DNA of 64,000 bases from Planctomycetota bacterium (GTDB lineage: Bacteria > Planctomycetota > GCA-002687715 > CAIWVZ01). The notes beneath the pieces are model-generated. The model was not told the origin of the DNA. It was given only the letters and a program-made list of their open reading frames with translations, and did not search any database. Below, one piece after another: positions 19,800 to 28,966 of this stretch. The stretch lies in NCBI GenBank assembly GCA_044222185.1, contig JBGANV010000001.1, forward strand, positions 1,728,001-1,792,000, written 5' to 3'. The translations under genes and the position numbers were made by a program. The first letter of the stretch is position 1. Every line of letters starts with the position of its first letter.

Positions 19800-21425
19800 A
19801 TGCTCCCTGCCCTGAAGGCCCCCTCGTTGCTGGCCACTCCCGGTTCGTTCTCCCTCTTCGCCATCGGGCAGCTCCCTTTCCCGCTTTCGAACCCGACGAC
19901 GGTGGGCCCTCCGGGCCCGTGCGCCACCCGGTCATCCGTCGGCGACCTGAACGGCGATGGAAGAGACGACTTCGTCGGCGGTGGAGCAGGGTTGTCCGTC
20001 ATGTGCAGCCTCGCGGGCGGGGGCTACGGACCTCCAGTGCCATTCGGTCCAACGATCACCGCAGGTGCGTCGGTCAACGTGCACGCGGTCGCGGATATGA
20101 ACGTCGACGGGATCGCGGACGTCCTCATGACCGTCGAGGCGCCGCTCACCGGCCTCTTCAGTCCGCCTTTGACACCGCCGGTAACGATGGTCCTGCCAGG
20201 CCTCGGCAATTGCCTGTTCGGCGCTGCGCTCCCAGTGCCTGATCCCACCGGGGCGACGAGTTGGAGACGTGCTTGTTTCCTGAACCCATACATCCCTGGA
20301 CTCGTCGCACCCGGGATGCCACCAGCCATCGTCATGGTCTCTTGGCAAGGGTGCGCGAATGCCCAGCCACATTTCGTTCACACACTCACCTATGCAGCGG
20401 GCGCATACTCGGCGGTGGCATCCACACCGGCTCCGATCCCGCCCGCGTTCGCGACGTGGGGCCCGCTCGCGACGTTCTCGATTCAGCGAGCGGGAGACGT
20501 CGATGGCGACGGCCTTCTCGACCTCGTTGGCAACAGCCAGTGCTTCGCCTATCCACAGTTGGTGTTGGCCCGCGGCTCGGCGATCCCGCCCTACTTCGTC
20601 AACCCGACGTCGGTCGCGATGTCCTCGGGATTCGCGAACCTCGCGGTCGAGGTGAGCGACGTGAACAACGACGGCCTCGCAGACGTCGTCTACGTCGACG
20701 CTTACGGGACCGTCGTGGCGTTCTTCGGCCACCCAACGTCACCGTTGACCGCGTTCCAGGTCTCTTCGGTGGGCGCTCCGATCCAATCGTTCTTCGTGCA
20801 AGACCTCGACGGAGACGGCGCCGCGGACTTCTTCTTCCGGAGTTACGGCGCGACCTCCGTCGGATTCAGCCGCGGAAACGGCCTCGGCGCGTTTGGCCCG
20901 GCGATGACGGTGCCGGCCTCCGCGTCACATACAAGCAGTTGCGCGTGGCCGGCAGATGAGAACGGGGACGGTTCGATGGACTTCGTCGCGGCGCTCCTTC
21001 CTGGCATCACGGGTGCCAGGACGTTCGCCATGCACAATCTGTCGCGGTTCGGACCGGGCGTTCCCGGCAGCAATGCCGTCGTCCCGCAAGCCGTGTCCGG
21101 GATCGCGAACGCGGGAGCCGTCTCGTACTTCGTTGGCATCGTCGGCGCCGCGGGCAATGCACCCGCCATACTTGGAGTTTCACTCGGTGCGCTGACGACA
21201 CCCGACACTGCCGGCAACATGCTCGACCTCAACCTGCTCGTTCTCCCGAGCGGGAATTTCGGCTCGTTCCAGACGGATGCGTCGGGAAACGCCACATGGA
21301 CTCTGACCCTCCCGCCGCTCCCTGCACTCGTTGGGCAGACGATCTTCCTCGAGTGGTTCGTGCACGACACCGGGGCGACAGCAGGCTATGGCCTCTCGCC
21401 CGCTCGCAAGGTGGTGTTCTGGTAG
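19800..21425 (+). CDS. Secreted FG-GAP repeat protein with shared C-terminal domain
   Basis: GDLNGDGRDD, GDVDGDGLLD, SDVNNDGLAD motifs; predicted cleavage IG-Q; start uncertain. Confidence 0.8.
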   Translation: MLPALKAPSLLATPGSFSLFAIGQLPFPLSNPTTVGPPGPCATRSSVGDLNGDGRDDFVGGGAGLSVMCSLAGGGYGPPVPFGPTITAGASVNVHAVADMNVDGIADVLMTVEAPLTGLFSPPLTPPVTMVLPGLGNCLFGAALPVPDPTGATSWRRACFLNPYIPGLVAPGMPPAIVMVSWQGCANAQPHFVHTLTYAAGAYSAVASTPAPIPPAFATWGPLATFSIQRAGDVDGDGLLDLVGNSQCFAYPQLVLARGSAIPPYFVNPTSVAMSSGFANLAVEVSDVNNDGLADVVYVDAYGTVVAFFGHPTSPLTAFQVSSVGAPIQSFFVQDLDGDGAADFFFRSYGATSVGFSRGNGLGAFGPAMTVPASASHTSSCAWPADENGDGSMDFVAALLPGITGARTFAMHNLSRFGPGVPGSNAVVPQAVSGIANAGAVSYFVGIVGAAGNAPAILGVSLGALTTPDTAGNMLDLNLLVLPSGNFGSFQTDASGNATWTLTLPPLPALVGQTIFLEWFVHDTGATAGYGLSPARKVVFW

Positions 21426-22014
21426 CACTCTGCCTCGGTCTGCAGATCTGGGGTCGGTGGATCGACCGGGCGAAGGCTTGCGGTGCCATTCGCGCAACCA
21501 TCGGACTCGGTGCGTGGTCGGTATCGCAGGCTCCGCGGGATGCGGAGGGACGGCAGGGAGGCGCTCACGCCGCGTGCTCTCGCGTCGAGGCTCGGGTCGA
21601 ACCCAGTGCCATCCGATTCCGCCGGGGCCGCCGGGCCTCGTGCGGTGGGCGGAGCGGCGTTGAACGGCCGTGGATGAGACTCACGGCGAATGATTTCTTC
21701 GACGTCGCCTTCGAATTCTGGACGCCCGACGTGCAACGGCCGGGGGTGAGGCGGAAGAACCGACGGCTGGCGTCCATCTCCGCAGGACGTACTCGGACGA
21801 ACCGATCCGAGACACCGTACCCTCGAATCGTCTCGCCGTGGCGCCCGCCGCGCTTGCTGAGCCGAAGGCTCGCAAGCGCGTCAGGCCGTCGTGTCAGCGA
21901 CTTCGACACATGGAATGGCGCGTCCGGGATACGATCTCCAGTCGTCCGGCTCAGCCACCCACACACGCCGCTGCGCATCCTCCGAACTGTCCACTCCAAC
22001 CTCGAGTCTCAACC

Positions 22015-23217
22015 ATGTCACCTGCGTCATTGGTTTCGGTTCTGCTCGCCGCCACGCTGTTCGCGAACGGCCAGGACGTCATCCACTACAAGTTCGACGA
22101 AGGGGGTGGTAATCGCGTCGTCAACTTCGCGACCGGTTCCCCGGCGGTTCCACGAGAAGGAACAGTCGTGACATCCGGCGCCATGGCCGCGAGTCAGGCG
22201 TGGACCACCGGGCGCTTTGGCGGCGGGTTCCTTCAATCGGCGAACACGTCGCTCGGAGGCGCGGAGGTGGACACGGGCTGGAATGATGAGGTCCCCGCCG
22301 ACGTCACCGTCGCGGCGTTCGTGCGCTTTCCCAATGGACCGACATCCGCGGTGATCGCGAATCGATGGGCGAGCACGAATGCCTACACCGGCATCTCGAT
22401 ACAGCTGACCGGGACCGGGCCCTTGGCGGGCCACACGCAGCTGAGATGGAGGTCGGGTTCGAGCACCCAGGTCTTCAATTCGTCGGGCACGTTCTTCCCG
22501 CCGAACACGACGAGCTGGGTCCACATCGCGGTCGTCGTCAGTCAAACCGCCCAGACGCCTTACGTCCGCTGGTACCTGAACGGGATCGCCGAATCGCCTC
22601 AGCCGACTGCGGGTCTGGCGCCAATCCCGCCTTCCTACTACCTGACGTCGACCAACCCCTACACCTTCGGGACGTTTGCCGTCGGCAACGACGGAGCCAG
22701 CGGGAGCACGGTCGTACCCGTCGTCCTCGACGAGTTTCGCGTCTCGCTGCGCGTGGTCCCAGATGCGGAGATCCTTCAGTGGGCGACCTCCCCTTCTGCC
22801 GCGCACGCGGCATTCGGCGCACCGTGCCATCCATTCGGTCTTCGAGTACTTCTCGACGGCACGGCCGGCGGACTCCCGACGATCGGAAACGCGAACTACC
22901 AACTCACCGTGTACGGGCTCCCTCAGTCCCAGGTGACGCTCGGGATCGGCACCTCCGTGCAAACGTTCGCGGGCATGGCCCTCCCGTTCGATCTCGGAGT
23001 CCTCGGCCCGCCGCTCGCTGGGTGTCTCCTGCGCATGAGCCCGGATGTCCTGCTCAATGGCTCGATCCCGGCCACAGGCAGCATCGCCTTCCCAACGATC
23101 ATCCCCGCGGCACCCGCCCTCATGGGCACGACCGCTTATGCGCAGGCGCTTCTCTTCAACGGCGTCGTCAACTCGTCGAGCGTGACGAACGCATGGGCGT
23201 TGACGATCGGACCGTGA
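22015..23217 (+). CDS. Secreted LamG-like domain protein with shared C-terminal domain
   Basis: Signal peptide ending NG-Q; HYKFDEG, WVHIAVV, WYLNG, LDEFRV motifs. Confidence 0.8.
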   Translation: MSPASLVSVLLAATLFANGQDVIHYKFDEGGGNRVVNFATGSPAVPREGTVVTSGAMAASQAWTTGRFGGGFLQSANTSLGGAEVDTGWNDEVPADVTVAAFVRFPNGPTSAVIANRWASTNAYTGISIQLTGTGPLAGHTQLRWRSGSSTQVFNSSGTFFPPNTTSWVHIAVVVSQTAQTPYVRWYLNGIAESPQPTAGLAPIPPSYYLTSTNPYTFGTFAVGNDGASGSTVVPVVLDEFRVSLRVVPDAEILQWATSPSAAHAAFGAPCHPFGLRVLLDGTAGGLPTIGNANYQLTVYGLPQSQVTLGIGTSVQTFAGMALPFDLGVLGPPLAGCLLRMSPDVLLNGSIPATGSIAFPTIIPAAPALMGTTAYAQALLFNGVVNSSSVTNAWALTIGP

Positions 23218-23338
23218 TTGCGGAGGGCGCGATCCGTCGGCAGCCATGGGGCGGAGTTCCAGACACACGCCGCGCGTCCTTCGCGGGCCGCCATGAGGCG
23301 TGCTCCGCGATGCGCCGAATCGGCCGAGCTACCGATGG

Positions 23339-25900
23339 TCACTGAACCACGCGCCGCCCCACCGGTGAATGGCAGCCCGCCGGCGATCCCGTCACGTCGA
23401 TGACGATTCCGTCGATCGTGATCCCGGGCGCGGTCGAATACGGCCCGAACGTGGCGGTAGTGGAAGTCGCGACGAACCGGAATGGAGGCGTCCCCGGCGG
23501 GAGGAGCACCTGCGCGACGAGTTCGGAAGGATCCGAGGCACACAGTCCAAGATAGGGTCCCGAGCCCGCAACCCCGCACGGCGCGAGACTGAACACGTTC
23601 GCATAGTCGTGCGTCGGAATGAGGTGAGCGTTGTCGACGGTCAACCCGAAACCTCCGCTGCCCATCTGCGAGAGCACGACCGTGGGTGCGCCCGTCCCCC
23701 ATTTCGCAAGCGAGCCTGACGGAATGCCGCCGGCAGTGTCGAAACTCCCGCGGGCGAAGATCGCCGGGCCCGAGCCGTCGTCGGACAGAACGAGACCTTG
23801 GAATCGGGCCAGCCCCTGCACCTGACTCACCGAAGGAAGCGTCTCCCAAGTGGCGCCGCGGAGCCGATGAATCGTCGCGTTCGTTGCGCAGTACAACGCG
23901 GGCCCGGAGCCGTCGTCGAGGGTCTTCAAGACTTGCGGAATGAAATTCGAGACACCGGTCGGAGGTGCGACCGGACTCCAGGACTGCCCGTTCCACCGTG
24001 CCAACCCGATCACGGGCGTTCCGCCGGCGGCGGTGATGGGACCCCCGGCGTAGAGCGCGCGACCGGTTCCGTCGTCATAGACGGCGAGCAAGACGTAGGG
24101 CAGCAGTCCGCCTCCGGTGACGCCTCCTCCGACACTCGACCACGCGAAGCCGTCCCAGCGCGCGATCGCAGCCGCGGGGAGCCCTCCAGCCGAGGAGAAG
24201 TAACCAGAAGCGAACAAGGATGGTCCGGCCCCGTCGTCGAACGTAACGAGTGAGTTGACTCTCGGCAGAATGAACCCTTGCGGTGTCCCCGTGACGCCGC
24301 CGCCGACACCGTGCCATGAGGTGCCGTCCCATCGTGCGATGTTCGCACTCGCAACACCGTTCACGGTGGCGAAGTGGCCACCGACATAGAGACCCGATGT
24401 AACGCCATCATCGACCCGCTCGAGAATGTCGATCGTGGAAGAAAGGACTGCCCCTGGATCTGCCACGGCCCCCACCTGCGTCCAGACTCCACCGTCGAGG
24501 CGTCGGAGCTCGGAGCCGGCTCCGCAGTACAGGTGCGGACCGCTTCCTGCGTCGAACGTACCGAGCGCTCCAGCCACTGGCAGGCTCGGGCCAACGGGCA
24601 GCCACCCGGTACTCCCCCGCTCGAGGACCCCGTCCCACGTGAAGCCCTGGGTCACGAGATGTCCCGCAACGTGGAGCGCTGCTCCATTCCCGAGATCCAG
24701 GTTCTCCGCCGCTGCCACTGTAGATCCAAACCCGTTCGCGGACGTCGACGGGAGGCCCGACCATGCCGTTCCGTTCCAAGCTGCGATGTTGACGGCGGTA
24801 GCACTTCCGGAACCAGTGAACCGGCCTCCAACGCACAGCGTCGGGGGTGAGGTCCAGTCCATACCAGTAAGGGACGAGATGCTGTTGGCACCGGGAAGTC
24901 CGGCCGCCATGACCGACCAGGCCGCCCCGTTCCATCGGGCTACATTCGGCGCGGCCAGGCCTCCCGCGTGGTTGAAATTCCCCGCGACATGGAGCGCCGG
25001 GCCGTTGCCGTCATCGAACGCAAGAAGGCACGTGGCGAGCCCGTCGACCCCGCTCCCGAGTGCGCCGAACGCAGGGCCATCGATGCACGCAACGTTGCTC
25101 GCTGCAACTCCGCTCGCCGACGCGAACTGACCCGCAACATACACCGAAGGACCCAAACCCGGATCGAAGGCAGCGAGGGCATAGCCGGTACTGCCGAGAG
25201 TCGTGCCCGCCCACGCATGACCGTCCCATTGGGCGACGAACCCCGTCGCGAATCCCGTCGCGAGCGCGAACCGACCGGTCGCATAGAGACGCGGGAGACC
25301 CCAGACCGATGCGACGACGAGCGCACGAACTTCCATGAGCGCTGCGGTGATCCCAGGATGGCCGGGCAGGACCACCCACCCTGCGGCCGTGAGTCGAGCG
25401 ACCCCTGACGGCAGGAACGAACCAGAGGCATACAGTTCTGGCCCGGATCCAGCATCGAACACCGCCAGTCCAGTGGGCGCCGCCGTCCCGGGTGGCGTCG
25501 GCACCGCAAACCACTGAGTCCCGTCCCACCGCGCGATGCGCGCCGACGGGACTCCGCCTGCGTTCGTGAAGTTGCCCGCAACGTAGAGCGACGCCCCTGC
25601 GCCGTCGACGGCGGTCGTCATCGCGGTCACGTCTCCGTTCAGACCCGAGCCGAGCGGCGACCAGACGGAGCCATTCCAGCGTGCAATCCTGGCGAGCGGT
25701 TGGCTGCCGATCGCCGTGAAACCGCCACCAACGATCAAAGAGGGGCCCGAGCCGTCGTCGAATGAAATCAGTTTCGTGACGTCGTAATTCGGGCCTGGGA
25801 CGGCGTATCCGGCCTGCCACGAGCCGACGCATTGGCCGATCGATACGAGCGTGGACCCAACGGCTACGCAGACTCCGCATGCCCAACGATGGAAGTTCAC
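23339..25900 (-). CDS. Secreted beta-propeller repeat protein (DDGxGPxLYxGGxF...IARWDGxxW repeats) with C-terminal domain
   Basis: More than 10 tandem repeats of about 50 aa; GTG start with AAGGAG RBS; signal peptide ending IG-Q. Confidence 0.8.
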   Translation of the reverse strand: MNFHRWACGVCVAVGSTLVSIGQCVGSWQAGYAVPGPNYDVTKLISFDDGSGPSLIVGGGFTAIGSQPLARIARWNGSVWSPLGSGLNGDVTAMTTAVDGAGASLYVAGNFTNAGGVPSARIARWDGTQWFAVPTPPGTAAPTGLAVFDAGSGPELYASGSFLPSGVARLTAAGWVVLPGHPGITAALMEVRALVVASVWGLPRLYATGRFALATGFATGFVAQWDGHAWAGTTLGSTGYALAAFDPGLGPSVYVAGQFASASGVAASNVACIDGPAFGALGSGVDGLATCLLAFDDGNGPALHVAGNFNHAGGLAAPNVARWNGAAWSVMAAGLPGANSISSLTGMDWTSPPTLCVGGRFTGSGSATAVNIAAWNGTAWSGLPSTSANGFGSTVAAAENLDLGNGAALHVAGHLVTQGFTWDGVLERGSTGWLPVGPSLPVAGALGTFDAGSGPHLYCGAGSELRRLDGGVWTQVGAVADPGAVLSSTIDILERVDDGVTSGLYVGGHFATVNGVASANIARWDGTSWHGVGGGVTGTPQGFILPRVNSLVTFDDGAGPSLFASGYFSSAGGLPAAAIARWDGFAWSSVGGGVTGGGLLPYVLLAVYDDGTGRALYAGGPITAAGGTPVIGLARWNGQSWSPVAPPTGVSNFIPQVLKTLDDGSGPALYCATNATIHRLRGATWETLPSVSQVQGLARFQGLVLSDDGSGPAIFARGSFDTAGGIPSGSLAKWGTGAPTVVLSQMGSGGFGLTVDNAHLIPTHDYANVFSLAPCGVAGSGPYLGLCASDPSELVAQVLLPPGTPPFRFVATSTTATFGPYSTAPGITIDGIVIDVTGSPAGCHSPVGRRVVQ

Positions 25901-26278
25901 CTGAGGCTCCTTGCCGGCCGCCCCTTCGTGGGTGCGTGCGCGACCGAGGGAAACACCGGCCCGTGCAATCCTACGAGCGGAGGTGAAACTGGGCGCACGA
26001 ATGCACGTCACCGCCCTCGTTCTCGCTCGCGTGCCCGCGACGCCTCCCGCTGAGCCTGATCATCGGCCTCATAGCTCCGACGGGTGTCGGCCGACGAGGC
26101 CGAGCCTGATCGCGACGGGTCCCCATGTTGCCGCCCGGTACTCGTGTCTGATGCTTCCCCAGTTCAGTGGTTGCTTGCAGTCCGTTCTGACCATCCGCCC
26201 GAGTACCGATAGGCACTCGCTCCAACGACCGCCAGATCGCCTTCATCGCCCGCCATTGCCCGACCGCACCTCGCCCCG

Positions 26279-27181
26279 TCACCTTCGATCGTCGACCGGG
26301 CCACCCGTCGGGATCACGTCCCCATCGGTCGTGACGAGCACGCGTCCAGCCATGGCGAAGCAGCAGGCACGTGGCCTCCCGAGATCCCGCGCGAAGAGGA
26401 CCTCCCCGTCCGATGCTCGGAGCCTCAGCAGACGCTTGGCTCCGTCGCTTTCGTACCGAAATTCGACCGCCACGATGTCGCCGTCAGACTCATCGTGCGC
26501 GAGGTTCAGGACGTGGCTATCCGGTGCCGAGGTATGACGCCACCGCTCACGTCCCGAGGAAACGTCGAGGCATCGGAGCGGGCCGCCACTCTCCGAGAGC
26601 AGGAGCAAACCTGGCGCGAATGCGACGCCGAGGAACGCGAACGTCGTCCGTTCGACGACGAAGCGTCGGACTCCACGTGAGTCGACGACACACGGATGCG
26701 TAGCATCGACGAAATGGACGGCGTCGTACGGGCTCTCGTGAAGCTCGCGTGCACCACGTAGCGAATACGTCGTCTCGCCGGTTCTCAGGTCGAGAGCTAC
26801 CAGCGCGGAAGCAACGAACCCGCAGTACCCCGTCAAGCCATCCCGCGACAATGTGACGCATTGGATCTTCTTGAGGTCCTTGCGGCGCCACACCTCCCGC
26901 TGCAACGAGGCCGAGTAGAACGCCACGCCGCTGACGTGGTAAGCCGCCGCCAACACGCCATCGAGAGGGTCCGAGAGAGCGAGTCGGCGGCCACCGAAGT
27001 CGAACGTCGTCTCGAGGATGTCCGAGCGCGCACCGCTTGCGAGGTCTCGAATCTCGACGTGCTTCTCGAATGCGGCGAACAGGACTCTGTGACCCGCCGA
27101 CGAAGCCACCACGGCCGTTGCCCTGAAGCGTGGCGCCGACGAAGCACCACTCGGGCCTTGCGTTCCCTCCACTGAACTCAT
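26279..27181 (-). CDS. PQQ-like beta-propeller hypothetical protein
   Basis: GGAGG RBS; LVALDLRTGE and LRCLDVSSGRERW repeats. Confidence 0.6.
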   Translation of the reverse strand: MSSVEGTQGPSGASSAPRFRATAVVASSAGHRVLFAAFEKHVEIRDLASGARSDILETTFDFGGRRLALSDPLDGVLAAAYHVSGVAFYSASLQREVWRRKDLKKIQCVTLSRDGLTGYCGFVASALVALDLRTGETTYSLRGARELHESPYDAVHFVDATHPCVVDSRGVRRFVVERTTFAFLGVAFAPGLLLLSESGGPLRCLDVSSGRERWRHTSAPDSHVLNLAHDESDGDIVAVEFRYESDGAKRLLRLRASDGEVLFARDLGRPRACCFAMAGRVLVTTDGDVIPTGGPVDDRR

Positions 27182-27227
27182 GGACGCCTCCACGACACAC
27201 GGGGCCGAGCGCGCGCGCAAAGCGACT

Positions 27228-27527
27228 TCAACCGAGCCACCGGCTGAGGACGCTCATCAGCTCACTGAACCCGTGATCCTCGTGTCTCTCGATGCACTCC
27301 GGCTCGCCGTCGCGACTCGCTTCGACCTCGCAGAAATATCGTCCCGGTGGCATTTGGAACGTCGACACATACGCGACTAGTCCCGGCCGCGACGTCGCGC
27401 CGATCCCGATTGCACACAGGTCGGCATCCCAATGGTCTACGGTCACCCATCCATGCTCTGCCAACGCGCACCGCTCGAGCAATTGCTCGATTGCTGGATC
27501 TTTCACCACGGCAAGAACTCCAAACAC
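27228..27527 (-). CDS. Small hypothetical protein
   Basis: Protein-like composition (VDHWDADLCAIGI...YVSTF); true start may be a downstream GTG (V-K-D-P). Confidence 0.55.
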   Translation of the reverse strand: MFGVLAVVKDPAIEQLLERCALAEHGWVTVDHWDADLCAIGIGATSRPGLVAYVSTFQMPPGRYFCEVEASRDGEPECIERHEDHGFSELMSVLSRWLG

Positions 27528-27751
27528 TGAGGCTCTGGGGATAGTGGCGCCGCCTGGGCGAATGCTGCGACGACTCGGGTCACACGCTGGCTCCGATGCC
27601 CCCTTGACCCGACTGATCGCCTACGCGCCAAGGTGCGTGCCATCGCTGGGGCGCCCATCGCCACGGTGGTTCCCTCAGCGTAGGCCGTTCCGTTCACCCG
27701 TCAACCGTCATCGACTCACGCTGTACGATCAGAACCCAAAGGAGTCCCACG

Positions 27752-28261
27752 ATGAAAGGCTTTCTGGCGGGTGTTGGTGCCGCGACCGTGCTGTTCGCGC
27801 TGACGTCGTTCGCGTACTGGTCCGGCAAGGCGGAGAGAGTGGCGCAGCCACCGCCCACGGCGAGGCGAACCGGACCGCTCCGGATCGAGGATCTCACGCT
27901 GGACCGAGCGTTTCGCCAGCGTATCGACGTTCCGCTCGTTGGCTCGGCGCTCGCAGTCCCGTTTCCTCCGACCGTCGGGGTCGTCATTCGCTCCCTCACG
28001 ACGACGCGGAGTGGAGACCCCGACAACGGCAGCCTTCAGGTTCACATGGCGATAAACGGCACTCCGGACGAGCGCGTGATGTTCGGTTTGATCTACGGGT
28101 ACAACTCGGACGCCGATCGCGGCCAAACGGTGACGCTCGATCCGCCGCTTGTCGTGCGCCCCGGGGATGCATTGACAATGTGGTTCGAGGGGCTCTCTGC
28201 GTCGCAGACGTCGTTGAACCTCACGATCGGCGGCTATTTCGTTTACCCCGGCGAGGTGTAG
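27752..28261 (+). CDS. Small exported protein, paralog of element gene 38199-38651
   Basis: AAGGAG RBS; MKGFLAGVGAATVLFALTSFAYWSG; shares PFPPT and DPPxxVRPG motifs with the paralog. Confidence 0.75.
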   Translation: MKGFLAGVGAATVLFALTSFAYWSGKAERVAQPPPTARRTGPLRIEDLTLDRAFRQRIDVPLVGSALAVPFPPTVGVVIRSLTTTRSGDPDNGSLQVHMAINGTPDERVMFGLIYGYNSDADRGQTVTLDPPLVVRPGDALTMWFEGLSASQTSLNLTIGGYFVYPGEV

Positions 28262-28738
28262 TCGTGATTCGGCGCTGCGTCGGAATGCGATTCGAGGAAT
28301 GCGGTGGCATCGAAGCAATTGAGCTCGGGCAGCACCTCCTGGTCGCTGAGGCGTTCGCGTTGCGTTCACGATGACGTCTCAGCTACGTGACCCCGTCGGC
28401 GGCTGCCGCCTCCCCCGGAAGCCCCTCCACCCTGCCGCGCAGGAGGAAGATTCACGACGCACAACGCCAAGTCGATCGCGGCGAAGCGTGGGGGTGCGGG
28501 GAACACGTCGGTCGGGTCGAGCCGGGCGGTGGGTTCGACGCCGTTGTCCGGGCAGTCGGCGGCTGGAGAGTGAGCCTCCCCGATCAGGCTTGCCCACCGA
28601 CCGCCCACACTCCGAGCGCCCGGAATGGCGTTCGGTGTCTCAGCGTGGCGAACCGCTCGACGCGGCGCGTCGTCCTCTCTTCGGCCTGAAACCGTTGCGA
28701 CAGCCCGCGTCGTGACACCATGTCGCACGCTGTCTGAA

Positions 28739-28781
28739 ATGGGAGCGCCGGGGGTCGAACCCGGGACCTACGGATTAAAAA
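28739..28781. repeat. att core duplicate (3' half of tRNA-Lys), distal end of the integrated element
   Basis: 43-bp exact direct repeat ATGGGAGCGCCGGGGGTCGAACCCGGGACCTACGGATTAAAAA, also at 40079-40121. Confidence 0.95.
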
Positions 28782-28920
28782 CGACCCCAGGCGACCGGAC
28801 CGATCACGACGTCCCAAGCGGACAGAGTACGACAGAAGCCTTGCGAGACAACGACTTCCGACCATTCCCGTTCGAGTGAGTCGCACGGCCATCTGGACGC
28901 CAGCGGACCCGAAACGGTCG

Positions 28921-28944
28921 CGAAGTTGGCAGTATTCTGGCAAT
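28921..28944 (+). promoter_or_regulatory. Putative integrase arm-type binding site
   Basis: CGAAGTTGGCAGTATTCTGGCAAT, 23/24 identical to 39982-40005. Confidence 0.65.
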
Positions 28945-28966
28945 GTCATCGCTCCGAACGACGCCG

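Noticed and set aside
21430-22010. Protein-like fragment MRLTANDFFDVAFEFWTPD in an intergenic gap
   Set aside because: Too short to assign and no coherent ORF with a supported start and stop.
26125-26250. Possible 3' relic of an rve-type transposase (GSIRHEYRAA on the minus strand)
   Set aside because: Ten-residue resemblance that needs a frameshift; no catalytic motifs or terminal repeats.
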